Assembly: GCF_030028105.1 (NCBI RefSeq)
Contig: NC_092389.1
Coordinates: forward strand, 13,937,180-14,001,179
Reading direction: 5' to 3'
Source of the DNA: Mobula birostris
Lineage: Eukaryota
Length of the DNA: 64,000 nt
Shown here: positions 39,091 through 51,900 of the stretch, one piece after another
Position numbering within the stretch: position 1 is the first letter of the stretch
How the letters are laid out: each line of letters opens with the position of its first letter
Program-made: the position numbers and the translations under genes
Notes under the pieces: model-generated
Seen by the model: the letters and a program-made list of their open reading frames with translations, nothing else
Told to the model about the DNA's origin: nothing
The model's database searches: none

Positions 39091-40196
39091 GGTAAGCAAA
39101 CCTGTATTATTGTCTCTTAGTAAGCTAGTCTCCTTAGGTGTTGGGGTCACAGATGTTTTGACAGCACTGAAGAATCCAAGCCTGTTGCGGTTATTGGTGA
39201 GTTCCTGATCTCCCTGTGCATTTCCACCTACCATATGTTGAACTTCAGCTTTCAGTGCCAAAGAAATTGTTTATCTGCTCCTTTTCTTGACAATGTTTCC
39301 AGTCCAAATACGATTTGCATTTGTGTTTGGTTTAATCCTGAATCCCCTGATAGTTTTGATAAATCAGGACTTAGTGAGTTCAGATGGAGAAGCCAAACAT
39401 TTTTTTTTGTAGGCACTAGTTACAATGGACTTCAAGGCTGACCAAATTCTATGAGCATTCTGCTGTCCCTGCTGGTTTAGACTCAGGTTGTTTGTAAGGT
39501 AAGTAGATTTAGTGTTGTGGGCTTTCACCTCAATTTATGTCATTGTCCCTCAGACATGAAAACTGATGGGCAGAAAGTTCTTTCAGGATACTATACCTTT
39601 AACAAGTCAGTCAGTCAAAAGAAGCTTTCCCTCCAAAATATAATCGATTTGTTTTTGAAAACAAGAGGCTTTGCTATTGAAGAGCAACATCATTTGATCA
39701 GTTGGACTGTGCACAGGAGAGCTTTCAAAATATGGTCAAAATGGGAGTGCTTTGCCCCAATAACATTAACAAGATTCTGTAGATTTTGTGTCATGGGAAG
39801 TATTTGGCCCGTTGAAATTCTGTAACGTATGTGAGTGGGAAGAAGTTTGGTCCATTGGATTCTATAGTGTGTGTAAATGAGTGAAAGTTTTGTCTTTTGG
39901 GATCATGTGTGGATCTGCAATTTATTCCACTAAAGAACATTAGAACAGTTTTAGTTGTTTTCCCTCCAGTGACTTTGTTACTGATGCTTATACCAATCCG
40001 AACCTTAACGGAATTGCTTTGAAAGATCAACAAGTTCTCATTAACAAGGTCAAAAACATCAAAGTGTTAATGAATAACTCTAGTCTGAACCTACAAAGAC
40101 ACCGAATAAAATTTGTTTGGAGTTTTAGAGGTTAAATATGAGTGAAACTCAGATTTTCATTTCCGTTCGGATTGTTCATAGCTTGAAACATCCACC

Positions 40197-43100
40197 ATGA
40201 TAATCAAGTCATCGATTGTGATTTCAATCCTCCTCACACTCTCAGGTTGGTATACTTTATTTTCCTCTGATTATTTGATATGGTACCTGATCTAGGTAGG
40301 CTTTTATTTCAAAGCCATAAGAAACTGGTTCAAAGCTTACCTTTTCACTCTGATCACTGTCTTCATTGCCTTGTCCCTCTTGCTCTTTCCATCTTCCTTT
40401 CCTTATACTCCCATCCCTATCAACCCATCGCATAACCCTCTCCCACTTGCCTACAACACACTCTTAGTATCACTCTGTCTCTGACCCATTCTCAGTGTGT
40501 TATCTCCACTGTGATCCATCACTCTGTTCCCATCTCTGTCTCCAATTGTGAATCATGTGGACCCCATTATGCTGACGAAGGGTCTCGGCCTGAAACGTCG
40601 ACTGCACCTCTTCCTAGAGATGCTGCCAGGCCTGCTGCGTTCACCAGCAACTTTGATGTGTGTTGCTTGACCCCATTATACTGCTGTTATTATCCTCTTC
40701 CCTCAATTTCTTCCCACAATTTCTGCTCTTTAAGTAAATAACGGTGGGTATACAACTAACTGCTATTAAGCAGTCAGCTCTACAGTAGGTGGTCAATATA
40801 ATATTGTGTGCTTAACACTTCCACTGAAGGTGAATCATTTTGTCTTGGAGTCCACAAAAGCTGCCTCTCTCAGTATACCATCAAACAATGTTCCTGTGAC
40901 TGTCCAAATGTCATGATAGAGAATTGTTTGGAACCCTGCAGAGCAAGTCATGATGGTGCCTCACCAGCTGCCTTGTAATGTAGAGGGCCCTGGCTCTATG
41001 AAGTCACCAGGTCACTTCTTGAATGACTAGAACCCACTTCTCAGTGAATTAAACTGCAGACTCATTGAATCTTCCTCATGTGTTCTTTCTCTATTCCTTC
41101 CATTCCCTTCACCCTGAAGGCTCATGGGCTGACGATAGTGATCAGTTTCAAAATGTCTTGAGAGACCGCATCAGCCAATTGGACAACAATGCCGAGAACG
41201 ATGCGAACCAGCTACAGGGCTTGAAAGCTAACCAACGACAGAAGTGAGTACCTGCCGTGAGGGGTGTTATTAGTACAGGCTGGGCTCCTGTGAGGTGATT
41301 CGAAATGACAAAATGTTGCATTTAGTAAGATAATTAAAAAGTTGGCACATTTGCTGATCAGCAGAGAATTGATGAACTGAACCAGTGCCAGGGTTGTTGA
41401 GTGGAAGCTGATGAGCTGCACATGGTAGTCAGACAGAGACTAAACAAAGGGTAATGGATAACACACGCAAAATGCTGGAGGAACTCAACAAGTCAGGCAG
41501 CATCTATGGAAGGGAATAAACAGTCAACATTTTGCACTGAGGCCCTTTAACACAACTGGAAAGGAAGGGGGAAGAAACCAAGATAAGAAAGAGGGGGTAT
41601 GGGAATGAGTACAAGCAGGTGATAGGTGACACCAGGTGATGGAGAAGATAGGTGGATGTGGGTGGAAAGATGAAGTAAGAAGCTTGGAGTGGATGAATGG
41701 AAGAGGTAAATATCTGAAGAAGAAAGAATCAAATCTGAGTGGACAGTGGACCATTGGAAGAAAAGAAAGGAGGAGAAGAACCAGGGGGAGGCAATGGGCA
41801 GGTGAGGAGAAGAGGAGAACTTAAGAGCGTAACCAGATCAGGAAATGGAAGAAGAGAGAAGGATGGTGGGGGAAGAAATTACCAGAAGTTTGAGAAATTG
41901 ATGTTTGTACCATCAGGTTGGGGGCTACCCAGTCAGGTGTTACTCCTCCAACCTGTGTTTGGCCTCATCTTGGTAGTAGAGGGGGCTATGAGTAGACATG
42001 TCAAAATGGGAATTGGAAGTCAAATAGTAATGGGTGTTAGATGAAGACAGTCATATTTGAATCTTATCTGCTGTTCTATACTATCATGAGATCCCCTATC
42101 TGAATACTATAGTTTTCCTATCTTCCCATATCCACTGTTGCCTATTATGTGCAGAAATTTATTTGTCTCCTTCAGAAAATATATTCAGTATTTAATTGCT
42201 ACAGCTGTCTATAGTAGTGAATTCCACAAATTCACTATGTCCTAAGTGAAGAAAATACTCCTCATCTCCATCCTAATACTTTACCTTGTATCCTGAGACT
42301 GATCTCCTGCTCTAGACAACACAGTTAGGATTAAGCAATATCATCACTGCATTTATGAAGGGGTATGATAACCCTCCTGGAGTTTTTGAGGCCTCTACTA
42401 GTGAAGTAGACAAGGGAGAACCAGTGGATATGGTGTGTTTGGATTTTCTTAAAGCCTCTGATAAAGTCCCACGTAAGTGGCTACTGTGCAAAATTAAACC
42501 ACATGGGACTGGGGGGTAATAATCAAGCATGGATTGAAAATGATTTGACGGAAGGTGGGAAACAGAGGTGCCACTACAGGGATCAGTGACTGGGCCTCAA
42601 CTGTATACAGTATGTTCATGATTTGGATGAGGAACTGAATGTAATATTTCTGTCAACAACATGGAACTGAGTGAGATTGTGAGTTATGAGGAGGATGCAA
42701 AGGGGTTTCAAGCCAATTGTAACAAGTGGAATGAGTAAATACACGGTAGATGCAGTGTGAAGAAATTATATTTGTTGCAAAAACCTCAAAGGCAATTTTT
42801 TTATTTAAATAGTGAGAGCTTGGAAGTATTGATGTACAACGGAACCTTGTTCTTCTTGTACACCAGTCATTAGAAACCAACATGCAAGTGCAGCAAGCAG
42901 TTAAGAAGGCGAATGGTATATTGGCCTTCATTACTAAAGTTTTTTGAGTACAGGAACAAGGATATTTTGCTGTAGTTATATGAGGTTTTGGCAAAATGAC
43001 ATTTGGGAGCATTGTGTGCAATTTTAATTTCCTTACCTATGAAAGGGTATACTGCATACTGGAGGGTATAGCTAAGGTTCACTGGATGGGTTCCCAAGAC

Positions 43101-44278
43101 GGCAGGACTATCATCTGAGGAGAAATTTGGTCAATTATCTTTTCTGGAATCTAGAAGAATGAAAAAGGGTTTTGCTGAAACTGACAAAATCCTAACGTGT
43201 CTTAATAGACTGAATGCAAAAAGGATGTTTCCTGGGGCTTGAGGGTCAAATGGAGTAGGGGAGGGAATTGGGAAGGGTTGATGTCTCAGTCATATGCTGA
43301 CATTAAGGACTGAGATGAGGAGAAACTTTTCCCTTAGAGATTGGTGAATTTGTGGAATTCTGCACTCAGAAGGCAGTGGAGACGGAGTCACTGAGTCTAT
43401 ATTATAGAGGTGAATATATTTAAGAGGGAGATACGTTCTAGACATGAAAGGCTTCAAGGGATCCAAGAAAAGAGCAGGAATATTGTATTGAGGTAAGCAA
43501 TCAGCCATGACCAAATTGAATTATGGGCTTGTCTTGAAGAGTCAAGTGACTTATTACAGGTCTTATTTTCTGTTACTTTGTGCCTATTACCAAACATCAA
43601 ACAAAGGCATTAACTATGGAAGGTGTTTGGGTTTCTTTCCTTATCTATTATCTCACTCTCCATTTTGTTTTGAATTTTTTCCAAGCATCCAGTTACCAGG
43701 AAACTTTCATGCAAGCTGTCTTTTTGGATATACACCTTTCGAGTTCATCTCCTTTTCTTGTTGATTCTTCCAGCCCCACAATGGCTAATCCTGGCCTGAC
43801 TCCCATCGCAGACGACTTTGAAACGGAGATGTCTGAGAGGAGAGAGGCCATTCAACAGCAGGTCACAGAGCAGCTGAGCAACATGGGTGAGAAGCTCTCA
43901 GTTGCCATTGATGGCATGCGTCAGAAGATCAGCAAGGATGTTGAAGAAATTACTCAAAGTCTGACACCCAGCGTTGAAAAACTCAACATCAACCGATGGG
44001 GGCAGTTATTTACCCCCTACAACAAGGTTCTTAGGGCCAGACTGGAAAGCATGAAGGACGCGCGGGATGTGCTGAGTCCATCCACTGAGCGAGTACAACT
44101 GAAAACTATTGGAAATGTGAACATCCAGCACATGACTGGCAATGATGAGCAGACGCGCAACATGGTTGACCAAGTCTCGCAAGAGCTGCTCAATAAGATA
44201 ATTCCGCTGATCAAAGATAGCATGAGCAAGGTGAGCCAACTGGCAATTGAAGTAGCCCAGAAGGGTTGTTCAAAATAA
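40197..44278 (+). CDS. Divergent, shortened apolipoprotein A-IV-like protein, 225 aa: join(40197..40245,41120..41243,43774..44278)
   Basis: Kozak ccaccATG; signal exon MIIKSSIVISILLTLS-G (phase 1). Exon 3 SWADDSDQFQNVLRDRISQLDNNAENDANQLQ resembles apoA-IV 'SQLSNNA' (phase 2). The last exon carries 22-aa amphipathic repeats that align with the neighbouring APOA4. AATAAA at 44359 and 44688. Confidence 0.85.
40572..40668 (+). mobile_element. Penelope pLTR fragment with hammerhead core, sense to intron 2 of the apoA-IV-like gene
   Basis: CTGACGAagggtctcggcctGAAAcgtcgactg..., nearly identical to the reverse complement of 197-290. Confidence 0.75.
41455..42040 (-). mobile_element. Penelope-like fragment in intron 3 of the apoA-IV-like gene
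   Basis: pLTR family sequence and a GSPQPDGTNINF-type GIY-YIG tail. Confidence 0.7.
42290..43570 (+). mobile_element. Decayed CR1 RT fragment in intron 3 of the apoA-IV-like gene
   Basis: VDKGEPVDMVCLDFLKASDKVP and KKANGILAFI motifs. Confidence 0.75.
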
Positions 44279-45379
44279 GATAGATTCTTAGCACATAAGG
44301 TGGTTCTGTACATCAGAGAACTAACTGTAGGCCAGCCTCACAAGTGTTGAAAGCACCAAATAAAATCTGGAATCATATACCTTAGCAGCAACGTCAACCA
44401 GTAGATTGAAACAAGTGGTCCCTGTAAAGAAGGCAACAAAAAGTGTGGAGGAAACACGAAACAAAATTGTCACAAAATACAAACGTCAATCAGCAGAATC
44501 TTCAGTGTGTGTCCTCGGCTTTGCCAAACTTCCACCTGCAGCCCTTAAACAGCAAAAGTACTTAAGCTAAATTGTTACCCAGAACTGTGGAATTGCTTTG
44601 GAACACAAAATGCCATGTCTTTGCTTGTAGTCATTTAAAGCCCTTCAAATGCTTTTATTTGTAAAAAACAATGATTTTGAAGCCACTAATAAAAATTTTT
44701 CAAGCCTGATCTGTAGAATGTGGTTTCTTGAACTCACTCCTGTAAATCTCCACCAGCCGAATGACCCTCTGTAACATTTATTCTGCTCCAATTCTGAGGG
44801 TCCTGAATAACCCTGAGTTCAGTTGCCAAGGTCCTAAGTTTCAAGACGTCCTCTTCAAGCCTCTTTGTCTCACTATTTAAGGAGGAAAATAGCAAGGGAA
44901 GTAACATAGTAAAGAGTAAGTAAAAGTTATAAATGTTATTTTCAAGAAATAAGCATCAACACTTCTAAAATTAAGACTCTAAGGCATAAGTGGTTCAAAA
45001 GGAATTTTATCTCAATACATCATTAAAAGCTCAGTTATGCTTCTTTCAAGAGGACAGTAATTGCAACAGATTGTATTGTAAGAATAGTGTATAAATGGTT
45101 AAAGGGTATATTTAGTCAGCAACTCTACTTGGATTGCCATGTTCGTTATGTCACATAGAGGAGCAGAGTGGCATTGATGGCACTTGCAATTTCCATACTT
45201 ACCAGCCCAATGAAGACTTCAGAAGTAGCTCTAAGTTTAGCAGAATATTGACAATGTGATTAAAGTTTTGCCATCACCACAAATTCATTCCATCATGATG
45301 TCATCTTTTCAAGAAAGGCTTGGATTTATGTAGCACTTTACAGTGCTGCAAAATCCCCAAAATAGTTTCCAATTAATTA

Positions 45380-47130
45380 CAAACAAGAGAAAACCCGCAG
45401 ATGCTGGAAATCTGAGCAACAGACACAAAATGCTGGAGGAACTCAGCAGGCCAGGCAGCATCTATGGAAAAAAGTACAGTCGACGTTTCGGGCCAAGGTC
45501 CTTGGGCAGGACTGGAGAGAAAAAGCTGAGAGTAGATTTAAAAAGTGTGGGGAAGGGAGAGAGAAACACAAGGTGATGTGAAACTAGGAGTGTGAGGGAT
45601 GAAGTAAAGAGCTGGGAAGTTGATTGGTGAAAGAGATAAAGGGCTGGAGAAGGGGGAGTCTAATAGGAGAGGACAGAAAGCCATGGAAGAATGGAAAGGG
45701 GGGAGGAGCACAAGAGGGAGGTGTTGGGCAGGTAAGGAGATAAGGTGAGAGAGGGAAAAAGGGATGGGGAATGGTGAAGGGGGAGGCATAACCGGAAGTT
45801 TGAGAAATCAATGTTCATGCTATCAGGTTGGAGGCTACCCATGTGGAATATGAGGTGTTGTTCCTCCAATCTAAATGTGACTTTATCCTGACAGTGGAAG
45901 ATGCCATGGATTGACATATCGGAATGGAAATGGGAAGTGGAATTAAAAGAGGTGGCCAGCGGGAGATCCTGCTTTTTCTGGCGGATAGAGTGTAGGTGCT
46001 CGGCAAAGAGGTGTCCCAATCTATGTTCGGTCTCACCGATATACAGGAGGCCACACTGGGAGCACTGAACATAGCACTGACCAACAGACTCACAGGTAAA
46101 GTGTCGCCTCACCTGGAAGGACTTTTTGGGGCCCTGAACGGTGTAGGGGCAGGTGTACTCGTCATCTTTTTTCTCCAGTCCTGTCGAAGGGTCTTGGCCT
46201 GAAATATCCACTGAACTTTTTTCCATAGATGCTGCCTGGCCTGAAGTTCCTCCAGCATTTTTTGTGTGTGTTGCTTGGATTTCCAGCATCTGCAGATTTT
46301 CTCTTGTCTGTGCTACTTCCTACACCCATGCAGAGCTCATCGACTTCATCACCTTCGCCTCCATCTTCCACCCTGCCCTCAAATTTGCCTGGTTTATTTC
46401 CGACATCTCCCTCCCCTCTCTCAATCTCTCTGCCTCTGTCTCTGGTGACCGTTTATCTACTGATGTCTATTATAAAGCCATAGACTCTCACAGCTACCTG
46501 GATACTACCCATTCCCACTCTGTTGCTTGTAAAAACACAATCTCATTCTCTCAATTCCTCCATCTCCACTGTATCTGCTCTCAGGATGAGGCTTTTCATT
46601 CCAGAATGAAGGAGATGTCCTCCTTTTTCACAGAAAGGGGCTTCCCTTCCTCCACCATCAATGCTGCCCTCAACCGCATCTCTTCCATTACGTGCACGTC
46701 TGCCCTCACCCCAACCTCCCGCCAGCCCACCAGGGATAGGGTTCCTCTTGTCCTCACCTACCACCCCACCAACCTCCACGTCCATCACATAATTATCCGT
46801 AATTTCTGCCATCTCCGGCAGGATTCCACCACCTGCACATCTTTGCCTCTCCACCCCCACCCCACTTTCTGCTTTCCGCAGGGATCGCTCCCTGTGTGAC
46901 TCCCTTCTCCATTCATTCCTCCCCACTGATCTCCCTCCTGGCACTTATCCTTGCAAGCGGAACAAGTGCTACACCTGCCCTTACACCTCCTCCCTCACTA
47001 CCATTCAGGGGCCCAAAAAGTCCTTCCAGGTGAGGCGATACTTCACCTGTGAGTCTGTTGGGGTCATCTACTGTGTTCAGTGTGCCCGGTGTGACCTCCT
47101 GTATATCAGTGAGACCCGATGTAGATGGGT
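45380..47130. mobile_element. Penelope-like retroelement with inverted arrangement: minus-strand GIY-YIG plus pLTR (45380-46155) abutting plus-strand pLTR, RT C-terminus and GIY-YIG (46160-47130)
   Basis: FHPALKF..ISD.SLP.L, TDVYYK..DSHSYLD, SQF.HL.CICS, FTCESVGVIYCVQC..C.LLYI.ET; hammerhead-like motifs at 45477-45514 (-) and 46176-46213 (+). Confidence 0.9.
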
Positions 47131-48104
47131 GACATTAAGAAATTAAATAAAGGGATATCATCAGGGTTGATATTGTTAATCATGCCTGAACTGAATAGAG
47201 ACTGACACAACAAAGCAGACTGAGAGATCAAGAGCTCATCTTTGTCATATAAAAAGTCAGTTCAAAGGTCTTATAACAGCAATATAGAATCCGTCCTTGT
47301 GCTTCTGGTACATGTTTTTAAGCTTTTATATTTCCTACCCAATTGGAGAGGGGGCAAGAGGGAATGGTCAGGGTGAGAGGAGTCCTTGATTATGTTGGCT
47401 GCTTTCCCAAGGCAACAGGAAGTATAGATGGAGTCAATGGATAGGAGGTTAATTTTTGTAGTTCACTGGGATGTGTTCACAACTCTCTACAATTTCTTGT
47501 GATTTTGAGCAGATCAGTTGCTGTACAAAGCTGCGATGCATCCAGATTGGTGCATTCTTTAAAAATTGTAGAGGGTCTTTAGGGACATACTGAATTTCCT
47601 TGGAGGCCCGAGGAAGTAGAGGCACTGGTGTGCATTCTTGGCCAGGGAATCAATGTGATTGGACCAGGGCAGTTATTGGTGATATAGAAAACTAGGAACA
47701 TGAAGCAATGTGCCTGAAATATACAGCAGGTCAGGCCGCATCTCTGGCATAAGGAGCAAAATTATAGGTTCAGCCCCTTCATCAAAGCGTCAAAGAGATC
47801 GTTTAAGTTTTGGAGAGCATACAGTTGTGCACCTGAAAAGATGCTGAGGGAAAAGGAGAAGGAAGACTTCAAAATTATGCTTCAGGAGGATGCAAGTTAG
47901 AAAATTGGAGTATGTCCGAACAGGACAATTTAGACCAGTTTGTTTAAAATCTGTCATAATAGTAATGCTAATGCTTTAAATTTGTAAACTAAAGATAATT
48001 TACAAACTGTCTTGGTAAAGGAAATGATTAGACTCATGAATTTCAGAAAGGGAGGATGATCTTAAGAAACCTAACTGACTTCTCGAAAGAAATGATGGAT
48101 AAAA

Positions 48105-48530
48105 TGTCAGAACGGTGCGGCTATGGCCCAAGTGCAGAGTGAGAGACACTGACGCGGGTCGATAGTTCACAGATTTTAATGTGAACGGAGTTAAAGGGAA
48201 GAGCAAACAAGAAACACTTGGCCAAACAGGGCCGTTAACTAAAACTCTCAAATGGAAAACGAAGTCTACACTGTGGCTGAAAAGAACAACTAAGTATAAA
48301 ACGAATACCGCTAGTCTTCAGAGTCAGTTGACTGGACAGTCCAATTTCTCAGGCAAGGCCAAATGCAGGCAGTGAAGTGTTGCCGTGTTCCAGGTTCAAG
48401 TCCTGACAAGCACTACGACGGAATGAATGGAGTTAAATACTATCACAATGAAATAATAATTAGCTGGTATGTACATATTCATGAGCGCAATTGCCGAATC
48501 TGCTGCGCTGCTGAATCTGTGGTTGTGACA
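48105..48530 (-). mobile_element. Probable solo LTR
   Basis: TGTCA...TGACA termini; flanks taaaa/taaga suggest a 5-bp TSD with one mismatch. Confidence 0.55.
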
Positions 48531-48831
48531 TAAGATGGGCTAGGAGCCGAATGGATGTGGCTTACATACGGTACATTTTCAGTAAAACACTTACAAAGGT
48601 CACCACATGAGATTACCGTAGGGAAGCAAATTGGATTCAAAACAATCTGATGGTAGGAAACAGCAAGTTAGAATTCAGGATGACTTGATGACTCAATGAG
48701 AATGAGAAGGTAATGAAGCTGGTCATTACATGAAGGGTTTGTGTAAATCGGTGGTTGATGGCCACTGCAGACTTGATGGGATGAATGTCCTGCATGGAAT
48801 TATTTGTCTGGATAGCATGCAAGCATCAAGT

Positions 48832-48972
48832 ACAAAATGCTGGAGGAACTCAGCAGGCCAGGCAGCATCTATGGAAAAAAGAACAGTCAACGTTTTGGGC
48901 CAATTTGCTTCTGTTGACTGTACCCTTTTCCATAGAAGCTGCCTGGCCTGCTGAACTCCTCCAGCATTTTGT
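48832..48972. repeat. Foldback of two Penelope pLTR pieces (about 60-bp inverted arms)
   Basis: acaaaatgctggaggaactcagcaggccaggcagcatctatggaaaa...cagtcaac followed by its near reverse complement. Confidence 0.75.
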
Positions 48973-51900
48973 GTTTGTTGCTCGGATTTCTAGCATCTGC
49001 AGATTTTCTCTTGTTTGTAGCATGCAAAAAGCTTTTCACTGCATCTCGGTACATGTAATAATAATAAAAAAACAACTACCAATTACCTCTCTACGGCAAA
49101 GTCTCAGCTGGGGTGGAAGTCAGTAGTGCATACTGCCCAGGGGTTCATCTTTGTGTACTTGGCTCCAGGGAGTACAATTCAAACTTCCAGTTAATATGAG
49201 AAATAATTAATTATAAAAAAATGAATTGACAATATGGCAGAATAGGTTTAAGAAGTTGGAATTGTTTACAGATGACACTGGGAAGATTGATGGGGTTTTT
49301 GGTTCTTTAAAAGGTGTTGATGAAGGGCCATAAGCTAGAGTCGGTAACAAAATTGAAGCCCTTGGATTTAGCTGGACGCCAGCATCAGGGATAAGGAACT
49401 GGTCAGAAGGCAGAATTGCGGCGCAGTTAGTTGTCAGGCTGCAGCAAATTAAGCAGCGGTGCCAACAAGGGGTCAGGGTCAGTAACATTGGGAATTAAAG
49501 TTCACATCATTGCCATTCCTTTCCAACCTATTGTGTGGCCTATGCAACGTCCTTCCATGTCAAAGTTGGAACTTCCTCCACTCTCGGAAGGGATGCCTGG
49601 CCAGAGGGATAGTCTGCCATTTGCAGGCATGCCCCATAGAGCTTCAGTGACATGCACTCTGCCTGCCCCTGAAAGGTTCACTATCCTTCTCCTTGGCCTT
49701 TCTCCAGCATGTAAAATCTTCACTTCAAATTGTTTGTAGCTGAAGACGAACTTGTCTTCTCATTTTCCCTCTGACCTGTTCAATGATCAAGTCGAGTTTA
49801 ATGTCATGTGCACAAGGACAAAGCTGGTTAGGGTTGTGCAGGTCGGTTCAAGAACATAACAGTTATTGGAAAGTTGCTGTTCCTGAACCTGGTGGTATGG
49901 GACGTCAGGCTTCTGTAGCTCCTGACCAGTGGTGTCAATGAAAAGCTGGCATGACCCAGGCAGTGTGATTCTTCATGATAGAACATAACAGATAGAATAT
50001 AAAACATAGAACAGTACAGGCCATTCGGCCCGCAATATTGTGCCAACCTACTCTGAGGTCAATTTAACCATTGCCTCCTACATAGCTGTCCATTTTTTTC
50101 TATCATCCATAGGGTTAGATGCCGCTTTCTTGAGGCAATGCCTTGTATAGATGTTGTCAATGGTGGGGAGGATTGTGACTGTGGTAGACAGGGCTGTGTC
50201 GACTACCTTCTGCAACCACCTACACCCCTGTGCATTGCAATTGCCGTACCAGGCTATCATGCAACCATTTACTTTCTATAATGTATATGTCGAAATTCCC
50301 CAATTGTTCATTGACAGACACTCTTGGTCATGAAGTGGGGTTTCATGAATAATGCAAACAGTTGGCAGCAGCAAGGAAGCTGCCAACTGTGGCCTATCTT
50401 GCTCATAGTTATGCGGTCTAGATCTAACCAGAGCAAACTTCAGCACAGTTGGCACCCAACAGCTGTATTGCCATTGGCTGACTTAAATGAAGCAGGTCAG
50501 TGGTCAGTTTGTGTAGGAAACATGTATCTATTTTCTGTCTACTTGTATTGTACTTTGTGCTGTGCATCTATGATGGGTGATTTGTCACATAGGTTGGGGC
50601 GTAGTAGATGTGGCTAGTATAGTTACATATTCATGTTTTGTCTTTCATTCATTTTTAGTCTGGTTAGAGTTAGAGGCAGCCAGGAATGATAGTTTTTCAT
50701 TTAAATTCGCTTCACTTAGTTACGCTTGGCTTAAGTATGATTGAATATGCTCAGGCTGTATATTTTCTTGTATCGCTAGTTTAGTTTCATGAGTTTTATC
50801 GTTACAAGATAGCTTGTCTTTGCTGGTTTCTCAATAATGAATCCAGAAACTTTCTTCGACTTTAAAACATTGTTATTTGCGGAGGGTGTCACACAGTGTC
50901 ATTTTCCCATTCTTGTCTCTGAGCGGTTTCGGTTAGTTTGTGATAACGTGACAGTTTGCATTCCCAAATGGGACTTCAGTGTGCACACATCCACGTCCAT
51001 TTCTGTGTATTGGGTTGCGTGTTCCCTCCAGCCACCAGTCCCTGCTCCTCCACTGGTGGGGCTTCTAGCCCCTTTACACTCAGGTGAGACTGAAGCATAT
51101 TGACTCAGCTAGTGCACCGTCCGCAGGAGCGCAACAGCAAAGTCCCCTGTGTCCCTGGGTAGGGTTAGGGTTATGGTCGGGTGTGGTGGGAGGGGAAGTA
51201 GTTAACTGTCCATCCAGACTACACCAGTCACCACAACCATCGTGCTTATCAGGTACAAATTAAAGGCTCTATTTTTGGACAAGGTTACCATTCACTAGTT
51301 TCCAATATTACACAGACATGGAGCATACATTATGTATTATTACCATTGTAGTATTTGTTATTGTATATGTATACTGCTTACACAGTGAACATCACACGAG
51401 TGAGGAATTTCGTTGCACCCTGCTGTATATGACAATAAACTAGCTTGAATCTGGAGTGAGCATATACATCACCATGAAAGGAGTGTGCAATCATTTGAAA
51501 AGCAATGCCTCAACCTTTGGACACCTGTCATAGTGGGAGGACTGTACCATATTGCAGACAAGCCTGAAGACACAAAATAAGTAAAAGATTCATTGTTTAG
51601 GAGTCTCAATCTATTTAGCAGCATGCCTTGGGTTGAGAAGTGCCCACAGAGAGTTGCCTCTGGGGAAAAATATTCCAGGTTTCCTCAAATGCTCCTGAGG
51701 GAGAACAGCAAAAAATATCAGTCTGAGATAGACAAAACCAGAAATGGCACCAATTCAACAAGGATGTCTCAGACTAAGGAGGGTCTGAATTGAAAATCTG
51801 AAGTGATGCAAAATCATTGAGAAGTGGTCATTTCCAGGGCTCAGTCCAGATAATGTTAATTACCAATGGTACAACACTGAAGGAAATGTGTTACATGAGT

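Noticed and set aside
43580-43773. N-terminal hydrophobic extension of the 232-aa ORF
   Set aside because: Intronic read-through upstream of the acceptor at 43773. The real N-terminus comes from the exons at 40197 and 41120.
49207-49780. Overlapping short ORFs in unique-looking sequence
   Set aside because: No recognisable motif and no consistent splice or phase model.
51155-51175. gggtagggttagggtta telomere-like motif
   Set aside because: Only about two units; expected by chance or as part of a repeat.
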